DNA of 26,132 nucleotides from an uncultured bacterium (lineage in GTDB: Bacteria > CSSED10-310 > CAZUFC01): assembly GCA_964619725.1 (NCBI GenBank), contig CAZUFC010000109.1, positions 1-26,132 of the forward strand, read 5' to 3'. Shown one piece after another: positions 25,737 through 26,132 of the stretch. Below the pieces are notes generated by a model that saw only the letters and a program-made list of their open reading frames with translations, made no database searches and was not told where the DNA came from. Every line of letters starts with the position of its first letter. Positions within the stretch are counted from its first letter, which is position 1. Both the position numbers and the translations under genes were made by a program.

Positions 25737-26132
25737 TTTTTTACCTCCTTGCTGTTGAATTATTTATAAAATTTGTCCTTAGCAATCAGTCAACTGAACC
25801 CTTTTCGTCAAGCCTTGAAAAAAAAATTTTTGAGCCTGACGAACTAAAGAAGATCAATTTTCGTGCCAAGATGTTCGACTCATATGCCCGAAAGACAAAA
25901 AAGGATTAATATTCAAAGTCTTATACTCCGGTCAAGCAATAACTTCACGTTGATAAACCGTTTGGGCAAGCCTGTGCAGAAGCGGCAGGAAAGAATACAG
26001 TACTCCTGAAAAGCGGTACGGATGCACGCCTGAAAGGGTACGGGTTTGGCGGCGGGACAGAAATTGAGTAAGGCTGTTTCGAGCTTTTTCCGCTGTGTGT
26101 GGATCCAAGTAAAACCAATTAAAAATGAAGGT

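Noticed and set aside
26005-26043. Imperfect direct repeat CCTGAAA(A)G(C)GGTACGG, two copies
   Set aside because: Only two short imperfect copies near the window edge; no context to assign a function.

Overview
Bacterial chromosomal window dominated by cell-surface and glycan-related genes. It opens with a 5'-truncated purA remnant translationally coupled to purM. It then holds two GT-C-like polytopic membrane proteins, an SGNH hydrolase, a non-canonical LysA-fold PLP decarboxylase paired with a PaaK/CapK-type adenylate-forming enzyme, and five secreted proteins or remnants with Pro/Thr-rich linkers, three of which end in an IPTL-CTERM-like anchor (IPA-x + TM + basic). The standout is a ~1,600-codon surface-anchored protein (10509..15338, minus) built from eight tandem domains resembling the FBA (F-box-associated, Fbs1/FBXO2-type) N-glycan-binding domain of animal ubiquitin ligases. 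Its scaffold is conserved, its predicted sugar-binding loops differ in every repeat, and repeat 1 carries one in-frame TAG. Several neighbours show internal deletions (a C25/gingipain-like protease without its catalytic half; a signal peptide + linker + anchor with no cargo), and a ~147-bp MITE-like inverted-repeat element occurs in three full or partial copies. All family assignments come from motif recognition by eye, not database searches.
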